A stretch of 64,000 bases of DNA from Patescibacteria group bacterium (GCA_041671645.1 JBAZBD010000001.1:479234-543233); one strand, 5' to 3'; positions 38,782 through 49,104 are shown, counted from the stretch's first letter. A program made the numbers and translations. Notes: a model not told the origin generated them from the letters alone.

Positions 38782-41700
38782 ATGCCAGGGCCAGAAGGCA
38801 TTCCTTTAGACGATCTGGGTTTAGATCTTGGTGATCCGATGCATCTACCTGGCGATGTTGATTTTGTTGATGACAAGCCTATCAGTGTTGACAGGTCTGA
38901 CCTTCGTCTGGAGGCAACTATGGCGAAGGCTGCCCTTCACGCTAAGACAGAGAAGGGCAAACGCGAGACCAGTGAAGCCAAGAGGAAAGAAGAGGTATTC
39001 AAGACTATATTTGGTACGATCGAAAATATCGGTATATTTAGGGACGCAGATAAGGATCGACGGGCACAAAGCTACGGAAAGTCCTGGATTGGAGATTTCA
39101 ACAGGTCGCTGGCAGGTGTTAAGACCAAGAATTCAGAGGGTATTTATACTGGCCAGACAGTTGGACAGGAAATTGAAACTAAGGCCAAGAAAATCGCACT
39201 CAAGACTGTTGTTACGATAGCAATCGGTGCAGGAATCGCATCGATATTTGGTGGCGTTAGCATCCCTATTATATTGGTGGGTGCTGCTGGCGGGGCAATT
39301 GTCAGAGGGGTGAACGAAGCTCGCCGGATTTGGAATGGCAAAGAGCGAAATATGAGGGGTGAGATAGAGGCCGCCAATGAAGCAGTTATCCAGGAGATCG
39401 ATAAACTAATTGGTGACGCCGCTCTCAAGTATATGGAGCTCGAAGAGGCGCATCTTGGCGAGGAAGGATATCAACCAGACGCTGACCCAGAATTTCAAGC
39501 AATATTATATAGAGCAATTGATTTGGCTCATGATGATACGAAGCGAAAGGTGAAGGTCGTAAAAGTTCCGATTGGCCCTGATATGACCAAGACGAGGAAG
39601 GAGTATGTAGTAGTTGACCCAAGCGAAGAGCCTCCGGCGGCTGCCGAGACAGCGGCTCCTGCGGCCGATGGGACTACTCCGGCTCCTGAAGCAGCCAAAG
39701 ATCCAAAGGTATTTACGGTCGCCGAGAAGGAAGCAGAGCTTCGTAAACTTGAGAAGAAAAATGAATCTATATCCGATTGGTGTGCTACGATTGGTAGCCT
39801 TGGCACATCTATAGTGGCCAAGGTCTTCGCCGGTGCGAAGATGGCAGAGACTGCGGCAAGCCAGGGTGCCAACGCGATTGAAGCACAGCTGAGGGCGGGC
39901 GAGCAAGTTGCGAATATTGATCTAAACGGCGACAACATAAAACATACGATTGAATTGGCACGAGATCAGGCAACTCAAAAGATTACCGATACAGTGATAT
40001 TCCTCAAGGAAGCAGGCAAGGATCTGATGGGCGCAGCCAAGGATGCTCCGAATTACAATCCTTGGGTCAATGACATAATCAATAAGGCTGGCGAGCACTG
40101 GCATACTGTCAGCGAAGCCGCCAATGATCTTACCCAAGTCATAGACATCATCAAGCACAATTTAATCAGTGCCGAATTGCACAAGCAGCTCGTGACTGTT
40201 TGGGCAACTGGTGCTGCAGGACTATTGGCAACTCTTGGTAATAGCTGGGGTAGGGAAGCGACTCAAAACCTAGAAAAAGCCCAAGAAGAGCAATCAGTCG
40301 AACATGGTCAGGTTGTTGCAGGGATGAAGAAAATTCTGCCCAAGCCGATTCCGGAAACTTCTGTCGAGCCAGTGATCGAGACTCCTCCTGAGGAGATTAT
40401 TACTCCTGCAGAAAAACTGAAGCTTGCTGAGGCGGCTGGCCTCGTCTTCACTGTGACAGCGGAGTATTATTTCGAGAGAGATGGCAAAGGCTTCGATCTT
40501 GATAAGGGTGATCGTGCCGTCATATTGGATGAGGATGATTTGGGCACATGCAAAATTGCTTTTTATAGCGCCGATGGAGAAGAGAAATTTCCAGAGAAAA
40601 CATTCATTTTTGACGCGGAAGAAGCAGATCTTATTTTTGGTGCTGGCTGGTCTGAAGAGAGAAGAGCGGAAAGAGAGTCTTCTGATGATGACGGAGATCC
40701 AGATGCCCACGTCGACCAAGATGAAACTGATCAGTCAGAGATGGACAAGACTGACGCAGAATTTGCCACGGAGATGCATGAAAAATACAAAAACACAGAG
40801 TTAGAACTGACTCTCGATGAAGATGGCAAAGTTACCAAAATCGGCAAGGATAATTGGCCCAAGAATAGAGAGAACAGCGGAGTCTGTGAGAACGCGAATA
40901 CTCCAAACGGCCGATATAAAGTCAAGATTTCAAATATTGAGTCTGTCAAAGATAGTATTAATGTGAAGTTTGATCTGAAAGAGCAAGAGCTGGGAGCCGG
41001 ATTCGAGGGCTATACCCACGCTGGATTCCTTAAGTCTGATATGTCAGATGGTATTCCTCAAACGATAATCTTCGGGGCTAGCGCAAACGTACGTGAGATT
41101 GTATTGCTCGACAAAGGTGGCAAGAAGTGGAAGGTACAATCTGCCGTTGGCGATGATAAGCTCGCCATCGTCGACTGTAACCCTGACGGAACACTAGGGG
41201 ACAAGAAGCACAACCCGACCGTGAGCCAAATCAAAGAAGTTTTCATTGAGTGGTATCACAAAGAAAAACCTACGGTCAAGCCTCCTGAGAAGAAAAAACC
41301 AGAGGCTTTGCCCACGGAATTCACTGATAAGTTTACCGAGAGCGGCAAGATAGATTCTGATGCGTTTATAGACGCTATCGAAGCAGACTATTTCGATAGA
41401 AATATTAATGGCGGGAATGGTGGCCGTGTAGTAGTGGATTATGGTGGCGGCGTCGCATCGTTATTCCAGAAAATTGGGGAGGATCAATATGAAGTTTATG
41501 ATTTCGACCTTGAGAAATCAGATATAATCGCAGGTCAGTCGCCCAAGCCTCGCAATAGGGGTGATATCGAAGTAAATCAGAGTAACAAAGTCGGGAAGTT
41601 ATGGCTCGAGAAGAGCTATTTCGGCACCGACTCGTTCAAGAAGAATTGGGCTACTGAGAAGACACTTAACGAATTAGATGTAAACAGCGTGGTTCATTTG

Positions 41701-43968
41701 AGTGACAATATTACGGCCACTGTCCCGAAAGAGCCGGGCGCACCAAGCGTTGGTATGGCTGGTTTGTCATTTAAAATATCGATGGTTGAACGTCAGACAG
41801 GCACTCTTGACCAATTTACATGCGAAATTGTTGGCAATCCCGACAAAGTGGACAAAGCATTCGAAGGGTATGTTTTTCTGGGCGGTATCTTGGACGTTAA
41901 AGCTACAATCAACAGAAAAGTCATGAAGAGAATTTTGGAAGGTGATTCTCTCTCGTTTCCCCTAAAACTCGAGAAGAAGAAAGAAACGGTTCCTGCCGCC
42001 GATGTAGAGAAGAGATTAGCCGAGCTACAAGTTGGCGAAGAATTACCCATTGGCGATTCTATGAAGATTGAAGTGGAAGATGGCCCGACTGTCTTTCTCA
42101 AGGGACTGAAATACAAGATTACGAAATTGCCTTTTTTCGATGGTCGCGATCGTGATCAATTTTCTGGTCATATGGTGAGCGAGAATCCCGAGAATCTTGA
42201 GAAAATAAATAGTGAATTTTCGGAATATGAATTTTCGGCGATTGAGAATATTTCGTTCGGGATAACCATACCAGGGATAAAGAAAAGTCTTGCCGGCAAA
42301 GAAGTAATTTTCAGCTATACAAAAGATGAAGTAAAGAAGAAGGTTGAGAAGCCAGCGACCAAGGATGAAGAGACTGATCCAAACGCAAAAGAAGCGAAGG
42401 AGAAAATCAATCAAATCCTGGAGCTATCGACCAAGCTGGGTGCTCTCAAAACGAAAGTTGCCAAGCAAATAGAGGCATCAGTGGATAGGCTTACTAAATT
42501 AAATGCCAATCCCGATCGCATCAAGTCCTTGGAGATCATCGGACGAAAATTAGACCGTGTGGATCCAACGAAAATTGATGAGAAAATGACAAAGGCGGTG
42601 AAAGCCAGCCGTAAAAAAATTGATGAATACAAAGCTTTTCCGGAAGGCTTAATTGATTCTTACAAAGTTAAAGAGATACAGTCTGTCCGCTCCAAGTACT
42701 TTGAATCGCTTGACGAATTTGTTGGCATATATAATGACTTTTTGGGATCGCTTGAGCATGCTGATACCGACGAAGAAAAGGCCGAATTTATTTCACTCTC
42801 TAGTGAACTGAAGGCCGAGATTGAGAAGCTTGGGCTTGTCAGTGTCGAAGCCAAGACGGGGGACAAATGTGATTATTCAACAATGGAGGCCTCAGAAGGA
42901 TCCGAGACGGGTGACGAGAAATACAAAGGTAAGGAGATTGTCGAGCGCGTGATTAAGCAAGGGTTTATCTTCGACGGCAGTCTTCAGCTTCACGATGGTA
43001 AGCTAGGCGATGTTGCAAAAGCAGCACAAGTTACTGTCTACAAATATGTTGAGGGGGGAGAGACTCCGCCTGTGCTCGAAAATAAAGCAGTGATTCCAAT
43101 CGAGAAGTTGCAAGAGAATGTGCCTGCAGGTTTTCGGTTGTATGGCCGTGCAGAATTTTATCAGGATGATATAGCTGAAGCGCTGGATTCCGTTGATTCT
43201 GAAGCAGATGAACCTGTTCCGACTCTGAAAGCAAAGCCGTTGCTCTACGGCGATGGCGACAAATTCTGGATTATTATACCTGAAGACGGCAAATTCAATC
43301 GATATTCGCTGGATAAGGATTTCAATATTGTTGGAGAGGCTGAAATATTAACCGTTGACAATTTCAAGCCCAAGAAAGAAATCGTTGCGTTATACAGGGA
43401 TAAATTGACTTCCGAGAAAGCTGATGAGGATATCCGGGAACTGGTCGAAGGTAGCGTGGTCCCCCTGGGCTACAATGTTCGCGTTGAAGTAGGGGGCGGC
43501 AAATATTGGACTTTTTCGCCGTCATTCTCTGTCCGTGTGACTCAGATTGTGCCGAATTCGAACGAATCCACACCAGCTGGCCCCATTGAATTCTATAATA
43601 CTGAAATCATGCTTGTGAACGAAGTTCAAGAAGAGATGGCGGAATTTGATGAAGAAGCAAATATATATGTCAATAAATATGGTAATAATGTAAGACTTCG
43701 CTTTAGCCCTGAGCAGATGAGAGACGTCTTGATTGGCAATAATGTAACGCTAACAGAAGACAACGTTATCAAGGGCACTCCTGTGGCAGAAGAAATTTCC
43801 AAAGAAGCCGCCGATAACTCTGATATCAAGGAATTGGCCGAAGTTGCCAATGACCAGAACGACGCATACGCGAACCAGAGGAAGAAGAAAAAGAAAAATG
43901 ATACTAAACCGCCAGGGCTGGAAGACAAATCAAAGAGTGCAGAGAATGATTTGGGGCTAAATGGATAA
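38782..43968 (+). CDS. Giant 1728-aa protein with N-terminal Gly-rich hydrophobic helices, internal repeated domains and a GrpE-like domain
   Basis: No signal peptide; VVTIAIGAGIASIFGGVSIPIILVGAAGG; GrpE-like LGLVSVEAKTGDKCD...ERVIKQGF...AAQVTV. Confidence 0.75.
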   Translation: MPGPEGIPLDDLGLDLGDPMHLPGDVDFVDDKPISVDRSDLRLEATMAKAALHAKTEKGKRETSEAKRKEEVFKTIFGTIENIGIFRDADKDRRAQSYGKSWIGDFNRSLAGVKTKNSEGIYTGQTVGQEIETKAKKIALKTVVTIAIGAGIASIFGGVSIPIILVGAAGGAIVRGVNEARRIWNGKERNMRGEIEAANEAVIQEIDKLIGDAALKYMELEEAHLGEEGYQPDADPEFQAILYRAIDLAHDDTKRKVKVVKVPIGPDMTKTRKEYVVVDPSEEPPAAAETAAPAADGTTPAPEAAKDPKVFTVAEKEAELRKLEKKNESISDWCATIGSLGTSIVAKVFAGAKMAETAASQGANAIEAQLRAGEQVANIDLNGDNIKHTIELARDQATQKITDTVIFLKEAGKDLMGAAKDAPNYNPWVNDIINKAGEHWHTVSEAANDLTQVIDIIKHNLISAELHKQLVTVWATGAAGLLATLGNSWGREATQNLEKAQEEQSVEHGQVVAGMKKILPKPIPETSVEPVIETPPEEIITPAEKLKLAEAAGLVFTVTAEYYFERDGKGFDLDKGDRAVILDEDDLGTCKIAFYSADGEEKFPEKTFIFDAEEADLIFGAGWSEERRAERESSDDDGDPDAHVDQDETDQSEMDKTDAEFATEMHEKYKNTELELTLDEDGKVTKIGKDNWPKNRENSGVCENANTPNGRYKVKISNIESVKDSINVKFDLKEQELGAGFEGYTHAGFLKSDMSDGIPQTIIFGASANVREIVLLDKGGKKWKVQSAVGDDKLAIVDCNPDGTLGDKKHNPTVSQIKEVFIEWYHKEKPTVKPPEKKKPEALPTEFTDKFTESGKIDSDAFIDAIEADYFDRNINGGNGGRVVVDYGGGVASLFQKIGEDQYEVYDFDLEKSDIIAGQSPKPRNRGDIEVNQSNKVGKLWLEKSYFGTDSFKKNWATEKTLNELDVNSVVHLSDNITATVPKEPGAPSVGMAGLSFKISMVERQTGTLDQFTCEIVGNPDKVDKAFEGYVFLGGILDVKATINRKVMKRILEGDSLSFPLKLEKKKETVPAADVEKRLAELQVGEELPIGDSMKIEVEDGPTVFLKGLKYKITKLPFFDGRDRDQFSGHMVSENPENLEKINSEFSEYEFSAIENISFGITIPGIKKSLAGKEVIFSYTKDEVKKKVEKPATKDEETDPNAKEAKEKINQILELSTKLGALKTKVAKQIEASVDRLTKLNANPDRIKSLEIIGRKLDRVDPTKIDEKMTKAVKASRKKIDEYKAFPEGLIDSYKVKEIQSVRSKYFESLDEFVGIYNDFLGSLEHADTDEEKAEFISLSSELKAEIEKLGLVSVEAKTGDKCDYSTMEASEGSETGDEKYKGKEIVERVIKQGFIFDGSLQLHDGKLGDVAKAAQVTVYKYVEGGETPPVLENKAVIPIEKLQENVPAGFRLYGRAEFYQDDIAEALDSVDSEADEPVPTLKAKPLLYGDGDKFWIIIPEDGKFNRYSLDKDFNIVGEAEILTVDNFKPKKEIVALYRDKLTSEKADEDIRELVEGSVVPLGYNVRVEVGGGKYWTFSPSFSVRVTQIVPNSNESTPAGPIEFYNTEIMLVNEVQEEMAEFDEEANIYVNKYGNNVRLRFSPEQMRDVLIGNNVTLTEDNVIKGTPVAEEISKEAADNSDIKELAEVANDQNDAYANQRKKKKKNDTKPPGLEDKSKSAENDLGLNG

Positions 43969-44758
43969 TATCAACGCAAACAATACAGAATTACGTTTTC
44001 AATCGATCAAGGAGCTCGAGGGGAATGAGCGACTCCTTGCTCTAATTGTCAACCAAATCATGGCTATGAATGAATGGATCGAAGAGATCCATAAGTTTGA
44101 AGCCGAAGCCAAAGTCGAAACAGTGCACACGAAGCGGGTTGCTGAGACGCCTGGCGCCCACACACTTGACCATGGGCGTGTGGTGGCTCATGCCTCAAAA
44201 ATTGAGGAAAGCGCGAAGAAAGATCTTCGAGGTTATCACGCTAGATTGAATAAATTGAAAAGAGCGTTGGCTACAAATCTTGCTCACCTGTTCAGGGATC
44301 TGTCGGCTGAGGGTGACGCGGAGCAAGCTAGGGTTCGGATTCAGGGATTTCTCCAATCAATCAGCGACGAGAAAGCCCGTGTAGACATGGCCGAGCATCG
44401 TTATCCAAATGAAATCGAAAAGCTTAGTATTTATAATGCGCTGGCCAAGAGAGTCGAGGAGTCACGCAAACCGAAAGTTGTCGAACTAGAGGCGAAGGTA
44501 GCTGAGGCCGCGCCAAATCTAACCCCAGCATCTGTCGAGCCGCCTGCAGTTGTGGAAGACCCAGTTATCCCACCACCAGTTGTAGCCGAGGAATCAGTCA
44601 AAGTGGGTGATACTCCACCGGCGGGAGCGACTCCGTTTGTTGACGACGAGCCGGTTGAGGACAAGATTAGCCAGATCGAAAAAATGGGGTCCATATATGA
44701 GCTTACGACCAAACAGCTTGCACCATATTACCCTGGTGAAATAGAAAAAGCAGCATAA
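43961..44758 (+). CDS. Hypothetical protein (coiled coil plus Pro/Val/Glu-rich tail)
   Basis: ORF overlaps the giant gene's stop by 8 nt; ends 14 nt before the ATPase gene. Confidence 0.65.
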   Translation: MDNINANNTELRFQSIKELEGNERLLALIVNQIMAMNEWIEEIHKFEAEAKVETVHTKRVAETPGAHTLDHGRVVAHASKIEESAKKDLRGYHARLNKLKRALATNLAHLFRDLSAEGDAEQARVRIQGFLQSISDEKARVDMAEHRYPNEIEKLSIYNALAKRVEESRKPKVVELEAKVAEAAPNLTPASVEPPAVVEDPVIPPPVVAEESVKVGDTPPAGATPFVDDEPVEDKISQIEKMGSIYELTTKQLAPYYPGEIEKAA

Positions 44759-44772
44759 AAAGAAAAATCAAA

Positions 44773-47346
44773 ATGGCAACAAGTTCAAATTATTACAACT
44801 CTACTTCTCAATCACGGAACACTATATCGGCTACCTCAACCCAGGCAGATATGTCCGGGTGGTTTTGGTTTTTCGGCACGACTATCGTCCTTACAGCTCT
44901 GGTTTTGATTGTCGTCTGGATTCGCAAGATGTTGATTCGAAAGTCACAGGTCCAGATCACCCGTGACTGGATAATGTTCAAGGTGATGACGCCGAAGGAG
45001 CGCCATGCAGAGGAGGATGACCAGCGCAAGAATTTTCAGGAGATGTTAGGAGTAATTGAGCCGTTTTATGCCAATCTTCACGCGCTTTTTGACAACAATT
45101 TGTTCGCCAAAATGTTCAAACGCCAGACCCATATATCTCTCGAGCTGGTGGCCAAGGAAGGTCGGATATTCTTCTATGTCGGCTGTTCGAAAAAGATCTC
45201 TTCGATAGTTCTGAAGAATCTCCAGGCCCAATATCCTCACTCTGAGGTTCGCGAGGAGAAGGATTATTCAATTTTTCCAGACAAGCCGCTCAAAATGGAT
45301 GTGACCAGCGTCACCCTGACACGGCGTTACATGTTTCCGATCAAAACTTACAAAATGCTTGAAGAGGATCCGCTCAACGCGATCACCAATTCACTCTCGC
45401 GATTGACAGAGAATGAATTGGCCGGCATCCAGATATTGGTACGACCAACCTCAGGGTTATGGCGATTGGCGGGCGAGCGAACTGCCTATAACATTCAACA
45501 TGGCAAATCTCGAGTCTCATATTCCAACACTTGGTGGGTCAGAGCAGGAGAGTCATTCTTCAATTTTGTTAGCAGCTCGGCTAGCATGGTGGGCGGCAAC
45601 AAGGAGCAGAACGAGACAGAGTATCAGAGCTCGATGAGAAAATTGACTCCAATGCAGGAGAACACAGTCAAGCTACTCGGCGAGAAGGCAGCCAAGATCG
45701 GATTTGAATGCCAAATCAGAATTGTCGGAGTAGGGGAGACCGACAAGGACGCCGAGAATGTGACGAAGAATATTGCTGCCTCTTTTAACCAGTTCAACGC
45801 ACCTGACTCCAATGGACTTTGGAAAAAGGAACCAAAAAAGAAAAACGAAGAATTGGCCAACTATATTTTCCGAGTATTTTCATCTGGTAGTGTCTCAATA
45901 TTAAATACCGAGGAGCTTGCTTCTCTTTATCATTTCCCAAATCGTTATATTGATACTCCAAATATCGTCTGGCTGTTGTCTCGCAAAGAGCCGCCACCAG
46001 CCAATTTGCCCTCCGAAGGTACTATCGTTGGTAAATCGCTCTATCGAGGTCAGGAGAAATTCATTCGTATCAAGGAAGCAGATCGTCTACGCCACATCTA
46101 CCAAATCGGTAAAACTGGTGTGGGTAAAACTGTTATGTTCCAAAACATGATTCGTCAGGATATCGAAGAGGGTAAGGGTGTTTGCTATCTTGATCCAAAT
46201 GGTGACGCCGCCGAGTGGATATTGAATCACATTCCGAAGGAACGCGCTGAGGATGTCATCTACTTCAATCCGGCTGATAGAGAGAGGCCATTTGGTTTGA
46301 ATATGCTGGAGTGGAAGACGCCAGAGCAGAGAGACTTCTTGGTCCAGGAATCTATCCAAATATTTTACAAATTGTTTGACCCCAATCAGACTGGTATGGT
46401 TGGTCCGCAGTTTGAGCACTGGATGAGAAATGCGGCATTGACTTTGATGATGCATCCAGACGGCGGCACTATCATCGATATCCCACGCCTCTTTACTGAT
46501 CCAGATTTTGAAAAGGATCGTGTCAAATATGTGACAGATCCTGTGGTTAAATCTTTCTGGGAAAAGCAGATGGCCAAGACGGCTGATTTCCACAAATCTG
46601 AAATGTTGAATTACTTCACCTCCAAGTTTGGTAGATTCATGACCAACGACATGATGAGGAATATTCTAGGTCAGACCAAGTCATCCTTTGATTTCCGCGA
46701 GATCATGGACACCAAGAAAATTTTGATCTGCAATCTCTCCAAGGGATTGATCGGCGAAATTAATGCCTTCTTGCTTGGTATGGTGATCGTATCCAAGATT
46801 GCCATGGGTGCCTTCTCCCGTCAGGAAATTCCCGAGAATGAACGTGTTCCTTTTTACCTCTATGTTGATGAGTTTCAAAACTTTATTACCGATGTTTTCG
46901 CCACGATTTTGTCAGAGTCTCGTAAATACAAACTGAGCTTGAATATCACCAACCAGTACATCGAGCAGTTAGATGAGAAGATTCGTGCCGCTGTCGTGGG
47001 CAACGCTGGTACTTTGATTGCCTTCCGCATGGGCGCCGCTGACGCAGAATTCTTCCAGAAGGAGTTTGACCCGCTCAAGCCTGATGATCTGACAAATATT
47101 GACAAGTATAATTTCTACATTAAGATGCTGATCGACGGCGCGCCAACCCGACCTTTCAATGGTCAGAGCATCTGGCCAGAGGACTTTGAAGGCAATCCCA
47201 AGCTAGGGACCGCGATTAAAGAGCTCTCAAGGCTGAAGTATGGCAAACCCAGAGAAATCATAGAGACGGAGATATTGGAGAGATCGAAGGTTGACAGTAT
47301 TGATCTGCCAGGTCTCAAATCAACTGGCGGAGCACCGACGTCATAA
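44773..47346 (+). CDS. VirD4/TraG-like coupling ATPase (HerA/FtsK superfamily) with N-terminal TM
   Basis: RHIYQIGKTGVGKT Walker A, LYVDEFQNF Walker B, SESRKY, NQYIEQL. Confidence 0.88.
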   Translation: MATSSNYYNSTSQSRNTISATSTQADMSGWFWFFGTTIVLTALVLIVVWIRKMLIRKSQVQITRDWIMFKVMTPKERHAEEDDQRKNFQEMLGVIEPFYANLHALFDNNLFAKMFKRQTHISLELVAKEGRIFFYVGCSKKISSIVLKNLQAQYPHSEVREEKDYSIFPDKPLKMDVTSVTLTRRYMFPIKTYKMLEEDPLNAITNSLSRLTENELAGIQILVRPTSGLWRLAGERTAYNIQHGKSRVSYSNTWWVRAGESFFNFVSSSASMVGGNKEQNETEYQSSMRKLTPMQENTVKLLGEKAAKIGFECQIRIVGVGETDKDAENVTKNIAASFNQFNAPDSNGLWKKEPKKKNEELANYIFRVFSSGSVSILNTEELASLYHFPNRYIDTPNIVWLLSRKEPPPANLPSEGTIVGKSLYRGQEKFIRIKEADRLRHIYQIGKTGVGKTVMFQNMIRQDIEEGKGVCYLDPNGDAAEWILNHIPKERAEDVIYFNPADRERPFGLNMLEWKTPEQRDFLVQESIQIFYKLFDPNQTGMVGPQFEHWMRNAALTLMMHPDGGTIIDIPRLFTDPDFEKDRVKYVTDPVVKSFWEKQMAKTADFHKSEMLNYFTSKFGRFMTNDMMRNILGQTKSSFDFREIMDTKKILICNLSKGLIGEINAFLLGMVIVSKIAMGAFSRQEIPENERVPFYLYVDEFQNFITDVFATILSESRKYKLSLNITNQYIEQLDEKIRAAVVGNAGTLIAFRMGAADAEFFQKEFDPLKPDDLTNIDKYNFYIKMLIDGAPTRPFNGQSIWPEDFEGNPKLGTAIKELSRLKYGKPREIIETEILERSKVDSIDLPGLKSTGGAPTS

Positions 47347-47379
47347 AGTCGAAAGTCCATAAAGTCCATAAAGCATATG

Positions 47380-47416
47380 GTACAAAATCAGCACGAAAAT
47401 GTGCTGATTTTTGTAG
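47380..47416 (+). terminator. Intrinsic terminator
   Basis: ACAAAATCAGCAC-GAAAAT-GTGCTGATTTTTGT. Confidence 0.7.
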
Positions 47417-47515
47417 TTAATATTAGAACATAAAAGTGTTGACGATGGCGATCTAATGTGGTAAGATATTCCACGAGGTCAAAAATAATTGCCGTGAAAA
47501 CGGCTCAAAACAAAA

Positions 47516-48019
47516 ATGCCAACTGAGAAAGATCTCTCAAATATCAAACAGCTCCTTGATTCAGCCGAGAACAATATTCGCTTGGCACGCTCCCTAATGT
47601 TTTCGCGTGAAGTGTTAGTCAAGAGCGAGCGTAGCGAAGCCTCAAACGAAGAGAGCGAGAGCGTCGTGGAAGGGATATTTGACGGCGAGCGGATGGTTAC
47701 TTCAAGCGGAAAGACTTATTCAGTCCCTGCGAATTATGCCTCGAAATCCAAGCTCGTAACTGGCGACACTCTCAAGTTGACTATTCCTGAAGACGGAAGC
47801 TTTATTTTCAAACAAATCGGTCCAGTCGAGCGCAAGAAACTGGTTGGTTTGTTGGAAGATATGGGCGACAATGTCTATACGGTTACGGCTGGCGGCACCA
47901 AATATCGTGTTCTGGCCGCCTCAATCACTTATTTCAAAGCTAAAATCGGGGACAGGGTAAGTATTCTTGTCCCAGAAGATTCAGCAAGCGAGTGGGCAGC
48001 AGTCGAAAATATTATTTAA
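47516..48019 (+). CDS. Conserved hypothetical protein (CPR-type)
   Basis: VEGIFDG, VPANYASKSKLV, FIFKQIGP, YRVLAASITYF, WAAVEN motifs. Confidence 0.75.
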   Translation: MPTEKDLSNIKQLLDSAENNIRLARSLMFSREVLVKSERSEASNEESESVVEGIFDGERMVTSSGKTYSVPANYASKSKLVTGDTLKLTIPEDGSFIFKQIGPVERKKLVGLLEDMGDNVYTVTAGGTKYRVLAASITYFKAKIGDRVSILVPEDSASEWAAVENII

Positions 48020-48042
48020 ATATTTAATCAATAAAGTAATAA

Positions 48043-49083
48043 ATGGAAAATCGCATGACAGTCAAAAACTTTTCTCCCTACAAAATTGTAAGAGAGGCAA
48101 TCAGCGGCTTAAAACCAAACGAACGTAAGGTTATAGCTAGCCGTTTTGGTGTTGATACTGATCACAAAACACTGTCATCCATCGGTCGTGAGCTTGGACT
48201 TTCACGCGAAAGAATTCGTCAGATCGAAAAAGACGGTCTTCGCAAGCTTGCTAAATCTATCGTTGAAGATAACAACTCATATATTATCGATATCGTTGAC
48301 GCTTTTGAGAAACAGGGCGGTATTTCTAGCCACAACAAAATCGCTGAGAAATTCCTCGACGAAGTAATGCACAAAGACAAGAATGAGTTCAACTCGCTTC
48401 ACCTGATCTTCCTTTTGATGCCACAGATCATCAAGATCGAGCGTACACAAGAGCTCGAAGCTGGTTGGATGCTTGGGTCTGTCTCCAAAGATGACATAGT
48501 CTCAATCATCGATGCTTGGGTCACACATTTGAAGAAACAAAAACGTCCAGAGAATATTGATATTTTGGTCCAATCTCATCCAACTCAATCCAAATACAAG
48601 ATGACCTTCCTTTCAGAACTTCCAGAAATTTCCAAACGACTTGTTCGCACCGAATCTGGTGAAATCGGTCTGTCTGTCTGGCCTGAAGTCAACCCAAAGA
48701 ATGTCAGAGACAAAATCTACTTTATTCTTAAAAAGTATGAAAAACCTCTCCATTTCAACGAAATCGCTGCCAAGATCAAGGATCAGAGCTTCGATGGTAA
48801 GGACATTGTCCGCGCTACCGTTCACAATGAGTTGATTGCTGATGAACGTTTCGTCTTGGTTGGCCGTGGGATCTACGCTCTGTCAGAATGGGGCTACAAA
48901 GAGGGGACTGTCGCCGAAATCATTTCTGAAATTCTATCCAAGAATCCCGAAGGCATGACCGCAGAGGATATCGTCAAGGCAGTGTCCAAACAGAGAATTG
49001 TGAAGAAAAATACCATCCTTATAAATCTTCAGACAAAGCCACTATTTAAAAAAGTTGGCAAGTCAAAATTTGCTCTAAAATAA
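48043..49083 (+). CDS. Sigma-70 region 4 HTH fused to C-terminal winged-helix domains
   Basis: ERKVIASRFG...TLSSIGRELGLSRERIRQIE; PLHFNEIA...TVHNELI..ERFVLVGRGIYAL. Confidence 0.82.
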   Translation: MENRMTVKNFSPYKIVREAISGLKPNERKVIASRFGVDTDHKTLSSIGRELGLSRERIRQIEKDGLRKLAKSIVEDNNSYIIDIVDAFEKQGGISSHNKIAEKFLDEVMHKDKNEFNSLHLIFLLMPQIIKIERTQELEAGWMLGSVSKDDIVSIIDAWVTHLKKQKRPENIDILVQSHPTQSKYKMTFLSELPEISKRLVRTESGEIGLSVWPEVNPKNVRDKIYFILKKYEKPLHFNEIAAKIKDQSFDGKDIVRATVHNELIADERFVLVGRGIYALSEWGYKEGTVAEIISEILSKNPEGMTAEDIVKAVSKQRIVKKNTILINLQTKPLFKKVGKSKFALK

Positions 49084-49104
49084 GCACATTGTCAGTACTC
49101 AAAG

